This document shows, in pieces, positions 39,359 through 49,385 of a stretch of 64,000 nt of DNA. A program made the position numbers and the translations under genes. Position 1 is the first letter of the stretch. Every line of letters starts with the position of its first letter. The stretch lies in NCBI GenBank assembly GCA_963781885.1, contig CAWAHW010000002.1, positions 416,001 through 480,000 of the forward strand, read 5' to 3'. The notes below the pieces were generated by a model. That model searched no databases, was not told where the DNA came from, and was given only the letters and a program-made list of their open reading frames with translations. The DNA is from an uncultured Spirochaetota bacterium. Its GTDB lineage: Bacteria > Spirochaetota > Spirochaetia > SZUA-6 > Fen-1364.

Positions 39359-39470
39359 GTGACCTCCCTTTGTGCGGGGGAGACCCGTCTCCCCGACGAT
39401 TGCAGAACGGGAAGAATTCAAGAGTCGCATGAGAGGGGAGGGGCGCCAAGCCCTTCACACACTCGGCGGG

Positions 39471-39499
39471 ATCATACTCCCGGAGAGCGAATGGCGCAA
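39471..39499 (-). promoter_or_regulatory. Sigma-70-like promoter of the second amt
   Basis: TTGCGC-N17-TATGAT on the minus strand, about 110 bp before the ATG. Confidence 0.6.
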
Positions 39500-39559
39500 T
39501 GCTTTTTGTTCGTGCCGCAGCGGCGCGGACCGTCCCCGCCTCCGGATGGAGGAGGCGTT

Positions 39560-39961
39560 CTACTCGGGGGCTGCCCGGGGAAGGGAAGCGCTGTTCCGCG
39601 CGCGCTCGGAAAGAATGGGGTAGGCGTCCTCGGGATCCGTGACCGTGCGCAGGATGTTCTCCGTGCTGCACGCGATTTCGTCTATCAGGACGTCCCACGT
39701 GCAGGCGACTCCCGCGCGGTCGAAGACGTCCTTCCCGAGCCGGCTCAGCAGCCCCGCGTGAGCCTTGCGGATGCCCAGCCTGACGATCAGGAAAGCGGAC
39801 CCTCTGCCGACGACCTTGTCGTGAATTTCCGCCCGGGAGACGTCGATCTGTCGCCCCATCAGAAAGCGTTCCAGCTCGAACAGGGGGTGCAGCCATTTCC
39901 CCGCGCTTTCGAAAAGCACGTTGCCATCGACGAGCAGCTCCAGGGATATGTCCGACCTCAT
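39560..39961 (-). CDS. DUF1893 domain protein
   Basis: LHPL..L, DKVVGRGSA, LLS..G, C.TE pattern. Confidence 0.75.
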   Translation of the reverse strand: MRSDISLELLVDGNVLFESAGKWLHPLFELERFLMGRQIDVSRAEIHDKVVGRGSAFLIVRLGIRKAHAGLLSRLGKDVFDRAGVACTWDVLIDEIACSTENILRTVTDPEDAYPILSERARNSASLPRAAPE

Positions 39962-40154
39962 GACGTCCTCTCCTGTCCCGATGTGACGAGCCTCAGCTTC
40001 GACGGACATTCTTTGTTGGATATTGCGTTGCGGCGACCGCGATCGCTGCATTCAACATACTATGAAAGACCCATCAAAACAACAACGGCAAAGACGCAGC
40101 AAAATTGAATCCGGCGCATGGAATCGCTACGTTTGCATCAGGGAGGACGGGCGC

Positions 40155-40742
40155 ATGAAGGCGAAGGAACAAAAAGCGGGACAAGACCCCGGTCGGAGTG
40201 ACCGCACACGGAGGCGCTTCGCGCTGTCTGAGGCCACGACGCTGCTCGCCCGTACGCCGGAAGTCCTGAACGCCTGGCTCCGCGGTCTGCCCGAGGGGTG
40301 GCTTCTGGCACACGAAGGCGGCGAGACGTGGAGCCCGATCGATGTGCTCGGTCACCTCATCCATGGCGAGCGCACGGACTGGATTCCGCGCGTCCACCGC
40401 ATTCTGGAGCATGGCGATTCGCTCGCCTTCGAGCCATTCGACAGATTCGCGCAGTTTCGCGATTTCATCGGCAGGTCGGTCGACGAGCTGCTGGACGAGT
40501 TCGCCCGCGCGCGCGATGCAAACCTGCGCGATCTCGCCTCGCTGCCGATCGACGCCGCGCTGGATCGGCCGGGCCTGCACCCATCGCTGGGGGTGGTCAG
40601 GCTGCGCCAGCTCCTGGCCGCCTGGGTGGCGCACGATCTCGACCACGTGACGCAGATCGCGCGCGTCATGGCCCGGCAGTACGCGGATGAGGTGGGACCC
40701 TGGCAGGCCTACCTGCGCGTCATCTCTGGCAGGCAGGGATGA
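40155..40742 (+). CDS. DinB family protein
   Basis: WSPIDVLGHLIHGE, HPSLG, WVAHDLDHVTQI. Confidence 0.88.
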   Translation: MKAKEQKAGQDPGRSDRTRRRFALSEATTLLARTPEVLNAWLRGLPEGWLLAHEGGETWSPIDVLGHLIHGERTDWIPRVHRILEHGDSLAFEPFDRFAQFRDFIGRSVDELLDEFARARDANLRDLASLPIDAALDRPGLHPSLGVVRLRQLLAAWVAHDLDHVTQIARVMARQYADEVGPWQAYLRVISGRQG

Positions 40743-40997
40743 CGGCCCGGGAGTCGGCGGGGGACCGTTCATGGTCATGTCGGCCGAGGCGAATGCCGAG
40801 GCGCTTGAACGGGAGGGCGTCTGCCGGGACCGGCGTGCGATCCAGGGATCGTGCCGAAACGGCACCCGCCTGGTTTCAGCGCAAGTTTCCGGAGCCATCC
40901 CTGACGTGCGTCGCGCATTTCTGCATGGAGTTCATGCTGCCCCCCGAATAGATCGGAAGCGACTTGATCGACCGGGGACCGGCGGGTCCTGCGGAAT

Positions 40998-41933
40998 CTA
41001 TGCTTCCTCGACTTCCTGTCCAAGCTCTGCAAGATCGTATCCGCCTAGTGACTCGATTGCAGACCGGTATTCGGCTGATCGAAGCACGGCGAGAATGCGC
41101 TGGACCTCGGGATCATCCCGTATTGCCGCCTTTATGACCATGTCCAGCTTTTCGTCGTGCAGATGAAGAAAGTCCACGCCCTGCACCTGGGAAGCAGCCT
41201 TCTCATTGCCTGTCGCCACGTCCGCGTCGCCTCGTGTCACCGCGGTCGCGGCTCCCACGTGAGACGGGACGATCTTCTCGTACCCGGCGATTCCCCGGGT
41301 GTCCAGCCCTTGTAGCCGAAGCTTCTGATCGATGAGGACGCGGATGCCGCTGCCGGGCTCCCTGTTCACCATGGCAATGTCGGGCCGCGAAAAATCCATC
41401 CATCCACGAATCTTTTTCGGGTTGCCTTTCTTGACATAGAGACCCACCGGACGCCTGGCCAAATGTACCAGAAACACCGGGATGCCGGGCAACATGCGCC
41501 GCGCGAACGGCACATTGTACGTGTCCGTCTCGGCGTCCCATAGATGCGCAGTTGCCACGTCCACGTGTCCCTGGTAAAGCGCAAACAGCCCGTTGTAGCT
41601 TCCCAGGTGCGACCGGAGGACGGGAATGCCCGAAGACGCCTCCACCTGCTGCGCCAGTATGTCCAGCATCACGTCCTGTCCGGCAATCACGAAGCTCCTG
41701 CGGGACGACGGCTCCCGCTGCTCGTCTTTTTGCGCACCGGCAAAAGGGGCGCGATCGCGCCTCTTGTAGGCTTCGACGTCCCTCAGATCGACGCGCAACT
41801 TCTTGCCCACCCTGTACCCGGGGAGCTCGCCGCGCTTGATGAGCTCATAGACGGTATTCCGCGTGATCCTGAGCAGGTCGGCGACCTCCACGGGTGTGAG
41901 GGCGTCACGTCGAGGGCTGTGCATCTGCGGCAT
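40998..41933 (-). CDS. Excisionase-type HTH plus molybdate-binding PBP domain regulator
   Basis: LTPVEVADLL.I.RNTVYELIKRGELP; GSYNGL, HL, NREPGSGIR. Confidence 0.88.
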   Translation of the reverse strand: MPQMHSPRRDALTPVEVADLLRITRNTVYELIKRGELPGYRVGKKLRVDLRDVEAYKRRDRAPFAGAQKDEQREPSSRRSFVIAGQDVMLDILAQQVEASSGIPVLRSHLGSYNGLFALYQGHVDVATAHLWDAETDTYNVPFARRMLPGIPVFLVHLARRPVGLYVKKGNPKKIRGWMDFSRPDIAMVNREPGSGIRVLIDQKLRLQGLDTRGIAGYEKIVPSHVGAATAVTRGDADVATGNEKAASQVQGVDFLHLHDEKLDMVIKAAIRDDPEVQRILAVLRSAEYRSAIESLGGYDLAELGQEVEEA

Positions 41934-42007
41934 CGTCGGAGTATACCATTGCGCGAACCTGCCATGCACGCGCGCTGGCGCGGCGGCGGAAAGAAGGAGA
42001 TGCGGAC

Positions 42008-42217
42008 ATGAAGCTGAGCGCGCGGAACGTCTTCAAGGGCAAGGTCAAGGCCATCGTCATGGGCGTCGTCAACGCCGAGGTCACGATAGAGATCCCGGGT
42101 GGCACGCTCATCGCCTCGGTCATCACAAAGGCCTCCGTGGAGAGGCTCGGGCTCAAGGAAGGAAAGGACGCGTACGCGGTCATCAAGGCGTCCAGCGTCA
42201 TCGTCGGCGTCGACTGA
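42008..42217 (+). CDS. mop: Molybdenum-pterin binding protein (molbindin, TOBE)
   Basis: MKLSARN, SVIT, AVIKASSV. Confidence 0.92.
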   Translation: MKLSARNVFKGKVKAIVMGVVNAEVTIEIPGGTLIASVITKASVERLGLKEGKDAYAVIKASSVIVGVD

Positions 42218-42223
42218 TCGCCT

Positions 42224-42877
42224 TCAAAAAAGCCCCGGGTCTCCGGCATCCACGTGGCCGTCGTTCAGCTCGAGCACTTCCGTGCAGAGGCTGGCGATCT
42301 CGGTCCGGGAGTGGCTGACGAGTATCGCGGTGATGCCGGTCTCGCGCTGGATGCGCGAGATCTCCGAGGCAAGCGAGCCGCGCAGGTCCTCGTCCAGGGC
42401 CGAAAGAGGCTCATCGAGCAAGAGCAGCGATGGTCGCCGTGCCAGGGCACGAGCAAGAGCGGCGCGCTGCTTCTGGCCGCCCGAGAGCTCCCGCGGAAAC
42501 TGGTGCGCTTCCCGGGTAAGGCGCGTGATCTCCAGCAGCCTCCGGGCCCGGTCCCTGTCAGGCGCCGCGTAGAGAATGTTGCCGAGCACCGTCATGTGGG
42601 GAAAAAGGGCATAGTCCTGGAACACGAGCCCGGCGGATCTTTTCTGCGGTGGCATGAAGATGCCTCTTCGGCTGTCGAACCAGATGTCGCCATCCTGCTG
42701 GATGCTTCCGTCGTCGGGTCGCTGCAGGCCGGCGAGGCAGCGCAGGAGTGTCGTCTTGCCGCTTCCCGACGGGCCGCGAATGCCCAGGAAGGCCCCCGCC
42801 GTGAGGGCATACTCCACTTCAAGGTCGAATGAACGGGCTCCCGCGCTCAGTCGCGTCTTCACGTAGAAATGCAGCAC
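42224..42877 (-). CDS. modC: Molybdate ABC transporter ATP-binding protein
   Basis: GPSGSGKTT, FQDYALFPHM, LSGGQKQR, LLDEP. Confidence 0.88.
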   Translation of the reverse strand: MLHFYVKTRLSAGARSFDLEVEYALTAGAFLGIRGPSGSGKTTLLRCLAGLQRPDDGSIQQDGDIWFDSRRGIFMPPQKRSAGLVFQDYALFPHMTVLGNILYAAPDRDRARRLLEITRLTREAHQFPRELSGGQKQRAALARALARRPSLLLLDEPLSALDEDLRGSLASEISRIQRETGITAILVSHSRTEIASLCTEVLELNDGHVDAGDPGLF

Positions 42878-42878
42878 C

Positions 42879-43547
42879 TCAGCGCCTCCGCTCCTGGCGT
42901 TGGAGGCGATGAAGGAGCAGCACGCCGAGGTAGCTCACGACCACGAGGATTGCGGCGTAAAGGTGCGCCCCGCTGAAGTCCAGGCTTTCCACTCTTTCGT
43001 ACACCGCGATGGAGACGACCTTCGTCACCCCCGGAATGCTCCCCCCAACCATGAGGACCACGCCGAACTCACCAAGGGTATGGGCGAAGGTGTTCACGAT
43101 GCCCGCGATGATGCCGGATTTCATATTGGGGATGACGATCCTGAGTATCGTCTCCACTTTTCCTTTCCCCAGCGTGTACGAGGCCTCCAGGAGATGCGGA
43201 GGCAGCGCGAGGATACCGGCGCGAAGCGCGGTGAGCATGAAGGGGAGTGAGGAGATGCACCCGGCGATCACGATGCCGGGGAAGGAGAACGCAAGTCGGA
43301 CGTGAAAGACCGACAGGAAGAACTGCCCGACGGCTCCGCGCGGCGAGAGAAGCATGAGCAGGTAGAAACCGAGCACCGTCGGTGAGAGGACAAGGGGAAG
43401 GGACGTGGTCGACTCGACCCATGGCACCCACTTCCCCCGTGCCTGGGAAAAGACCCAGGCGAGGGGAAAGCAGATCAGCAGGAGCAGGACGGTGACCCAG
43501 AGACCCAGGTGGAACGAGACCCAGAACGGGACAGGATCAAACTTCAA
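42879..43547 (-). CDS. modB: Molybdate ABC transporter permease
   Basis: LPLVLSPTVLGFYLL, AHTLGEFGVVLMVGGSIPG; TTG start overlapping modA stop. Confidence 0.9.
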   Translation of the reverse strand: MKFDPVPFWVSFHLGLWVTVLLLLICFPLAWVFSQARGKWVPWVESTTSLPLVLSPTVLGFYLLMLLSPRGAVGQFFLSVFHVRLAFSFPGIVIAGCISSLPFMLTALRAGILALPPHLLEASYTLGKGKVETILRIVIPNMKSGIIAGIVNTFAHTLGEFGVVLMVGGSIPGVTKVVSIAVYERVESLDFSGAHLYAAILVVVSYLGVLLLHRLQRQERRR

Positions 43548-44311
43548 GGCTTTCCATATCCATACGCGGCGAAGACCGCCTGGGCGTCCGGCGACAGGAG
43601 GAACGTGGAGAACGCCGTCGACCGCGGGAAGCGAGGCGGCGGACTTCATCACGACGAAGCCCTGCTCGATGGGCGCATAGAGCTTCGCGATCGACGTCGA
43701 ACCAGTACGTGCCCTCCTTGTTCCAAGGCTTCATCTCAGCCGCGTACAGCGCGGACTTGTTCACGAAACCTGCGTCGGTGCTGGTCAGGGTGAATTGCAG
43801 CGCCTGCGTCACCGTCTGGGCGACGACCAGCTTGCTCTTCACCTTGTCAAAGAGGCCGGCGTTCACGAGCGCCTCCTGGGCCGCCCTCCCGTAAGGCGCG
43901 GTTTCCGGATTGCAGTTGGCGAACTGCGTAACGGACGGATCCAGGAGCACCGCGAGACCGCGCGAGAGATCGAGCGCCTTCGTCGTGAGGAAGATCAGCT
44001 TGCCGACAGCGTAGATTTTCGTCGGGCCCGCGGTTATTTTTGCGTCCACCAGCTTCTGCGGAAAGCTCGTGTCGGCCGACAGGAAGACCTGGAACGGCGC
44101 GCCGTTCATGATCTGGGTCGTCAACGCGCCCGATGCGCCGAATGTGAACTCGATCTTATCGCCGGGATAGTCCTTCATGAAGGCGGCCTGCAGGGGATCG
44201 GCCACGGAGCTGATATTTGCCGCTGCCGCGACACTGACCTTCTCCTGGCTACTTGGCAGCTATGACACGACAAAAAATATCATAACGATACATGCGCGCG
44301 CCTCGTTTCAT
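43544..44311 (-). CDS. modA: Molybdate ABC transporter substrate-binding protein; several frameshifts (about 43620, 43690, 44250-44300)
   Basis: VAAAAN, FGASG, GAPFQVFLSAD, APYG; corrected C-terminus YAPIEQG...FLLSPDAQAVFAAYGYGKP. Confidence 0.85.
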
Positions 44312-44390
44312 ACCGTTTCGTCTCCTTTTGTACTGTTACGAAAGGTATGCTGGCCGGATTGCCTCGTTTCGTCAAGAGAAACGGGCTATT

Positions 44391-44867
44391 TCAGGCCGGT
44401 TCGTGGCCTTCACCTTTCAGCATCTGGACCGCATGCTCCATGATGGGCTCCATCACCTTCATGCAGAGCTGAACGGCCTTCACCGAGCCGGGAAAGTTTA
44501 CAACGATGCAGTGACCGCGCGATCCCGCGCGCCCACGGGAAAGCATGGCGAAGGGTGTCTCTTTGCGCGACGCGTCACGGAGGGCCTCCGCGATGCCCGG
44601 GATTTCCCTTTCGCAGAATCGCGCCGTCACCTCGGGCGTGATGTCGCGCGGTGATATGCCCGTGCCGCCCGTGGTGATGATGAAATCGGAATCTGCCGCG
44701 TCATGCAGGGCCGCGAGGATGCGCTCCTCCTCATCGGGGACGATTGTCCTCCCCACGGCAACGCGCGGAAAACGCAGCCGCAGCGTCTTCTCTATTTCCG
44801 GGCCCGCGAGGTCCTCGTAGTCGCCCCGCGACGCGCGGTCAGAGATCGATATGACAGAGACTTTCAC
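44391..44867 (-). CDS. mog: Molybdopterin adenylyltransferase (MogA/MoaB family)
   Basis: SISDRASRG.YED, VPDE, TTGGTG..PRD.TPE, NFPGS. Confidence 0.9.
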   Translation of the reverse strand: MKVSVISISDRASRGDYEDLAGPEIEKTLRLRFPRVAVGRTIVPDEEERILAALHDAADSDFIITTGGTGISPRDITPEVTARFCEREIPGIAEALRDASRKETPFAMLSRGRAGSRGHCIVVNFPGSVKAVQLCMKVMEPIMEHAVQMLKGEGHEPA

Positions 44868-45279
44868 GATCGATTTCTCCTCCCACGAGCACACGCGCGA
44901 AGATGCCTTTCCGGGGCATGATGCAGTCGCCGGTGGCAGCGGAAATGGCGCAGCCGCGATGGCACACCTTCCCGATCTGCGTGACCTCCAGCACGGCCGG
45001 CCCGATGGCAAGGCGCGTACCGACGCTCAAGGAGCCCACGTCGATGCCGTGCGTGGTGATATTCTCCGCGAAGGCGCCGTAGGGAAGGTCCACGCCGCGG
45101 CCGCGCATGCCTTCGATGTCCTCGTCGGCAAGAAGGGACACCTGGCGATGCCCCGTGCCCGCGTGCGCGTCCCCCACGATCCCGTGTCCTTCACGCAACG
45201 TGGCCTTTTCCACGGGAGTTTTCTGCTCGCCCTTGCGCGTGGACATATTGATTGAAAGGATCGCGAACTCGCCCGTCAC
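44839..45279 (-). CDS. MOSC domain protein
   Basis: GIVGDAHAG, RQVSLL, FAENIT, TQIGKVCH..C, CIMP..GIF. Confidence 0.9.
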   Translation of the reverse strand: MTGEFAILSINMSTRKGEQKTPVEKATLREGHGIVGDAHAGTGHRQVSLLADEDIEGMRGRGVDLPYGAFAENITTHGIDVGSLSVGTRLAIGPAVLEVTQIGKVCHRGCAISAATGDCIMPRKGIFARVLVGGEIDRESLCHIDL

Positions 45280-45728
45280 GCCGTCTCCGCTTTTGTCTTT
45301 TCAACGAGCCGTATGTCGCTGATGCGCATGTCCTTGTCCACGGCCTTGCACATGTCGTACAGGGTGAGCGCCGCCACGGAGACGGCCGTGAGCGCCTCCA
45401 TCTCGATACCGGTGGCCTCCGTGCAGATCGCCGATGCCTCGATGTCGATACGATCCGTGCCGAGGCGGAAATCCACGAGCACGTGGTCGATGCGGATGTT
45501 GTGGCACAGCGGGATCAGCTCCGCCGTGCGCTTGGCCGCGGCGATGCCCGCCACCCGGGCGACGGCCAGCACGTCCCCCTTCTCGATGAGCTTTTCGCTG
45601 ATCAGGCGCAGCGTTTCGGCGTGCAGGAGGATCGCGCCGGCCGCGCGCGCCGTCCTGCGGACGCGCTGCTTGCCGGAGACGTCCACCATGACAGCGCGTC
45701 CCTCGTCGTCGACGTGGCTCAGCTCCAT
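45276..45728 (-). CDS. moaC: Cyclic pyranopterin monophosphate synthase
   Basis: LSHVD, MVDVSGK, LIPLCH, TGIEMEAL, YDMCKAVD. Confidence 0.95.
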   Translation of the reverse strand: MELSHVDDEGRAVMVDVSGKQRVRRTARAAGAILLHAETLRLISEKLIEKGDVLAVARVAGIAAAKRTAELIPLCHNIRIDHVLVDFRLGTDRIDIEASAICTEATGIEMEALTAVSVAALTLYDMCKAVDKDMRISDIRLVEKTKAETA

Positions 45729-45729
45729 G

Positions 45730-46527
45730 CTACCCCCCGATCTGCGACATGACGCGGTTTGTGCAGGCCCCGCCGCGGCGCGGCTTTGACAGGATCGCTT
45801 CCCGCAGGCTCTCTTCCAGCCGGGAGAAGTCCAGCGGTATCTCGTCATTCGTCTGGAGGCAGGGCTTGAGCATCCCGTCCGCCATGAGCCGGATGCGGTT
45901 GCATCCGCCGCACGATGGAGGCCGGTCGTTGGAGGCGCGCTCCTTCTTTTGCTGCGAAATATCGAAGCGATCGATGAGCTGGAGGCGCGCGCCGTGGGCC
46001 GCACAGAAGTCTCTCATGCGGGAAATCTCCCCTTCGGTTGTGCCGCCGAGCACGACCATGTTGATCTTTACCGCAAGACGCGCGGCGCACGCGGCGTCCA
46101 CGCCGGCAAGGGCCGCGGCGAGGTCGCCGCCCCGGGTGATCTCCCGGTAGCGCAAGGGGTCCAGGGTGTCGAGGGAGATATTGACGCTCTGGAGGCCGGC
46201 ATCGTGCAGCGGCAACGCCAACGGCGCGAGGAGAGTGGCGTTCGTCGTCATGGCGATGTGGGCGAGCCCCTCGATGGCAGCGAGCATCCCCACGAGGTCA
46301 ACGATGTCGCGCCGCATGAGGGGCTCGCCGCCGGTGAGCCGGATCTTCGTCACGCCCAGCCGCACCGCGGCGCGCGCCACCTCCGCCATTTGCTCCCGGC
46401 TGAGCAGGTCCGCGCGCTGCGCGTGCGGCACCCCTTCCGCGGGCGCGCAGTAGACGCAGCGGAGGTTGCACGCGTGGGTCACCGACATGCGCAGATACGT
46501 GATGGAACGCTCAAATCGGTCGAACAT
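45730..46527 (-). CDS. moaA: GTP 3',8-cyclase (compact form)
   Basis: YLRMSVT, CNLRCVYC, RLTGGEP, CGGCNRIRL..DG...PCL, C-terminal IGG. Confidence 0.92.
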   Translation of the reverse strand: MFDRFERSITYLRMSVTHACNLRCVYCAPAEGVPHAQRADLLSREQMAEVARAAVRLGVTKIRLTGGEPLMRRDIVDLVGMLAAIEGLAHIAMTTNATLLAPLALPLHDAGLQSVNISLDTLDPLRYREITRGGDLAAALAGVDAACAARLAVKINMVVLGGTTEGEISRMRDFCAAHGARLQLIDRFDISQQKKERASNDRPPSCGGCNRIRLMADGMLKPCLQTNDEIPLDFSRLEESLREAILSKPRRGGACTNRVMSQIGG

Positions 46528-47695
46528 CGATCTCCGTTCCCCGGGCGAGCTCGCACACGCCCCGCTCGATGCGGATCAGCCCGTCCGCATCCCCCAGCGC
46601 GTTCACGTGCGCCGATCCGTGGAAAGGGATCGGCACGATGTTGCCCCCGCGCACGCGGACGGGAAGGTACTCGGTCCGCTCGGCATCCTTTCGATGAATG
46701 GCGTCGCTCAGGGTGCCGTGAAAAAGGGGAGGCTCCCAGTCGATGCCCATGCGGCCGTAGAGGAAGGGCTTCACGAGCAGCTCGAATATCACGAAGGTGG
46801 ACACGGGATTGCCGGGCAGCCCGAAGACCCATGAGCTGCCGCGGCGGGCGAAGAGTGTCGGCTTGCCCGGCTTCACCGCCACGCCGTGCATGAGGACCGT
46901 TGCCCCCAACTTTTCCAGGCAGCCCGGCACGTAGTCGAAGTCACCCACGGACACGCCGCCGGAAATCAGGACCAGCTCGTGCTCATCGAGGGCACGGCCG
47001 AGTGCATCCGTGAGGATGTCGGGATCATCGATCGCGATGCCGCGTTGCCGCGCCGGACAGCGCATTGCGGCAAGCTGGGCGGCAAGCTGCGGCCCGTTCG
47101 AGTCGTAGATTTGTCCCGCGCCAAGCGGCCCGCCGGGAGCGCGGATCTCGGGACCCGTGCACAGGATTCCCGTTGATGGCGGAACAGCCACCTTTACCTC
47201 GGAGAAACCCGACGCTGCCAGTATCCCGATGTCCTGCGCGGCAAGCACCTTCGGTCGGAGCACCACCTGTCCCCGTGCGATGTTCGCGGCGCGGCGCACG
47301 ACGTTATCCAGCGTTTCCTTTTTCAGGAGGCGCACGCGTCCCGCGGTCTCAACGACGCACTCCTTGCTTGCCACCCTGGTGGCGCCGGGGGGAAGCGGTG
47401 CTCCGGTCATGATCCGGGAGCATTCGCCCGGCGACAGCGTGCGCCCCGGCGCATCCCCGGCGGCAATCGTTTCGATGATGGCCCACTCCGTGCCGTCGTC
47501 GCCAGCCGCAAGGGCAAAACCGTCCCGGGTGGACTTGTCGAAGGGGGGTGAATCGATCGGTGAAAGAACGTCGCCGACCGTGACCCTCCCCAGGGCAGCC
47601 TCCAGCGCGACGGTGATCGCCGGGGTGGGGGCCCGCGCGTGCATTTCGCTGCGGACGATGCTGATGGCTTCCTCGATATCGATGGGCGCGCGCAT
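46511..47695 (-). CDS. moeA: Molybdopterin molybdenumtransferase
   Basis: PPFDKS.RDG, RIMTGAP, IYDSN, SGGVSVGDFD, KPGKP, GLPGNPVS. Confidence 0.95.
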   Translation of the reverse strand: MRAPIDIEEAISIVRSEMHARAPTPAITVALEAALGRVTVGDVLSPIDSPPFDKSTRDGFALAAGDDGTEWAIIETIAAGDAPGRTLSPGECSRIMTGAPLPPGATRVASKECVVETAGRVRLLKKETLDNVVRRAANIARGQVVLRPKVLAAQDIGILAASGFSEVKVAVPPSTGILCTGPEIRAPGGPLGAGQIYDSNGPQLAAQLAAMRCPARQRGIAIDDPDILTDALGRALDEHELVLISGGVSVGDFDYVPGCLEKLGATVLMHGVAVKPGKPTLFARRGSSWVFGLPGNPVSTFVIFELLVKPFLYGRMGIDWEPPLFHGTLSDAIHRKDAERTEYLPVRVRGGNIVPIPFHGSAHVNALGDADGLIRIERGVCELARGTEIDVRPI

Positions 47696-47769
47696 GTGAG
47701 AATCGAAGTATAAGGGCGGAGCCTTTTGTTGACAATCAGGCGGCTTTTTGAAGTGACGCGTGGCTGCGC

Positions 47770-48590
47770 TCAGCCCTGCACCCGCACGATTCCCCGATCG
47801 CGGCCGATGGAGAGCGCCGCTTCCAGCGCGGCCCTGCCGACCGCGCGTGCCTTGTCCGAGACCGCGTGCGCGTAGCTCGCCTCTCCGCGCGGGTCGACGT
47901 CGCCGATCTTCATTCCCTTGCGCACGATGACCTCTTCGTGGATCAGTCCCCGCAAGCAGCCGTCAAATGGCGCGATCACCGGCGCGCCGTCGACCCGCGC
48001 CACCACCTCGCCCTTGCCGACGATGTCCCCGATGCTCCGCGCGCGAATCGCGCGGCCGTCGCGTGGAGCCCGCAGGACGCGTTCCGCGGTCTTGCCGCCG
48101 ATTTCGCCCGGCGTCCCCGTGTCGGCCAGGGCGCTTCCCTCGCGGATGATCCGGCCCAGCGCGTGGCCCCTCGCGGTCTCGATCACCGCGTCCACGTCCC
48201 GACCGGCCGTGAAGCCGGGGCCCAGGGCGATGACCACGGACGCCGTCCTTCCGCGCCGTGCCCGTGTTCGCCTTGGCCATGATTGCATCGACGATGACCA
48301 CCGCGCCGGCCGTCTCGACGATCTGCGCGCGCGGATCCACGAGCACCGCCACGGCGCCCGATCCAAGGACCTTTCGCCAGTCTTCCCGGGTCGCGCGCGC
48401 GGCGCGGACTCCCTCCACGTCGTGGCTGCCTTCGTAGACAGCCTGGGCGAATGAGACCGTGAGACGTATCGCGGTGGGGTACGGAATCTCGGTCATGACG
48501 ACGGCAAATCCCGCCGCCGTGAACGACAGCGCCACGCCGGTGGCCAGGTCACCGGCGCCCTTCACGATGGCAAGCGGCCTGTCGTCAGTC
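47770..48590 (-). CDS. yqeB: Selenium-dependent molybdenum hydroxylase system protein YqeB; frameshift near 48244; start uncertain
   Basis: VKGAGDLATG, DAIMAK.N.GT, IALGPGFTAG, ETARGHALG, KIGDVDPR, SDKARAVG. Confidence 0.9.
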
Positions 48591-49348
48591 GTCGGTCCGT
48601 GCGTACAGCACCCCTTTCCGCAGGGACACGAGCGCCCCGGCAATGCCGTGACCCTCACGGGCCAGGCGTATCGTCTGGATTGCGGATGCACGCTTCATTT
48701 CGAGATCCCCTGGTTGATGAGAAAACGGAAGTCCATTCCTGCCCGCACACCTTTGCGGCACCCTTGGGGGTCCGCGCAGAGCGTGGCGAGCACCTCGGGA
48801 TCGAAAGAACCATCCGCCTTGCCGATGAGCGAAAGGGCCTTCTGATGGTTGTAGCAGTGGATTTCGTCGATGGGCTCGTCAATGGCGCTCGCGCCCATGA
48901 GTGCGAAAACCGTGCGCGTGTTCGCCGGGATGACCGGCTCGTGGTCCCTCGGCACTTTCAATGGACATCGTCGGGATCCATCCCCCTCCACGAGCAGCAC
49001 GGTGTCGCCGGGCAGGGAGAGGGATTCTATCAGAGCCGGGTCGATGCCCAGGTACTTGTCCACGTCACTCACGACCCCGGCAACTAGGAGCCGAAGGGGA
49101 GCCTCTCCCGCAAGAGCGGGGGGCATGTCCTCCGGTCGTTTCACGAAAGTGACGGGAATGCCGCGGAGCTCCTCGATGCCAACCCGGGTCGTTGTCGTCA
49201 AGCGTGCCTTCATGCCGGCGCCCGCAAGAAAGGCCGCAACCCGCTTCATGGCGGTTGTCTTTCCACCGGCGCCGACGAACGTATACACCGCTCCCGGTAG
49301 AAACCATTGCCTCAGCGCGTCTCGAAAGCTTTCCTCGGGGCCGGCCAT
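48585..49348 (-). CDS. yqeC: Selenium cofactor protein YqeC; frameshift in G-run near 48708
   Basis: VGAGGKTT, TTTT, LVEGDGSRRCPLK.P..HEPVIP, C-terminal INQ. Confidence 0.88.
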
Positions 49349-49385
49349 GCACGGAGTATATGCGATTGATCCGTCTTCTGCAGTG

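Noticed and set aside
43544-43700. N-terminally extended ModB or a ModA-ModB fusion
   Set aside because: Explained by two insertions in the modA 3' end
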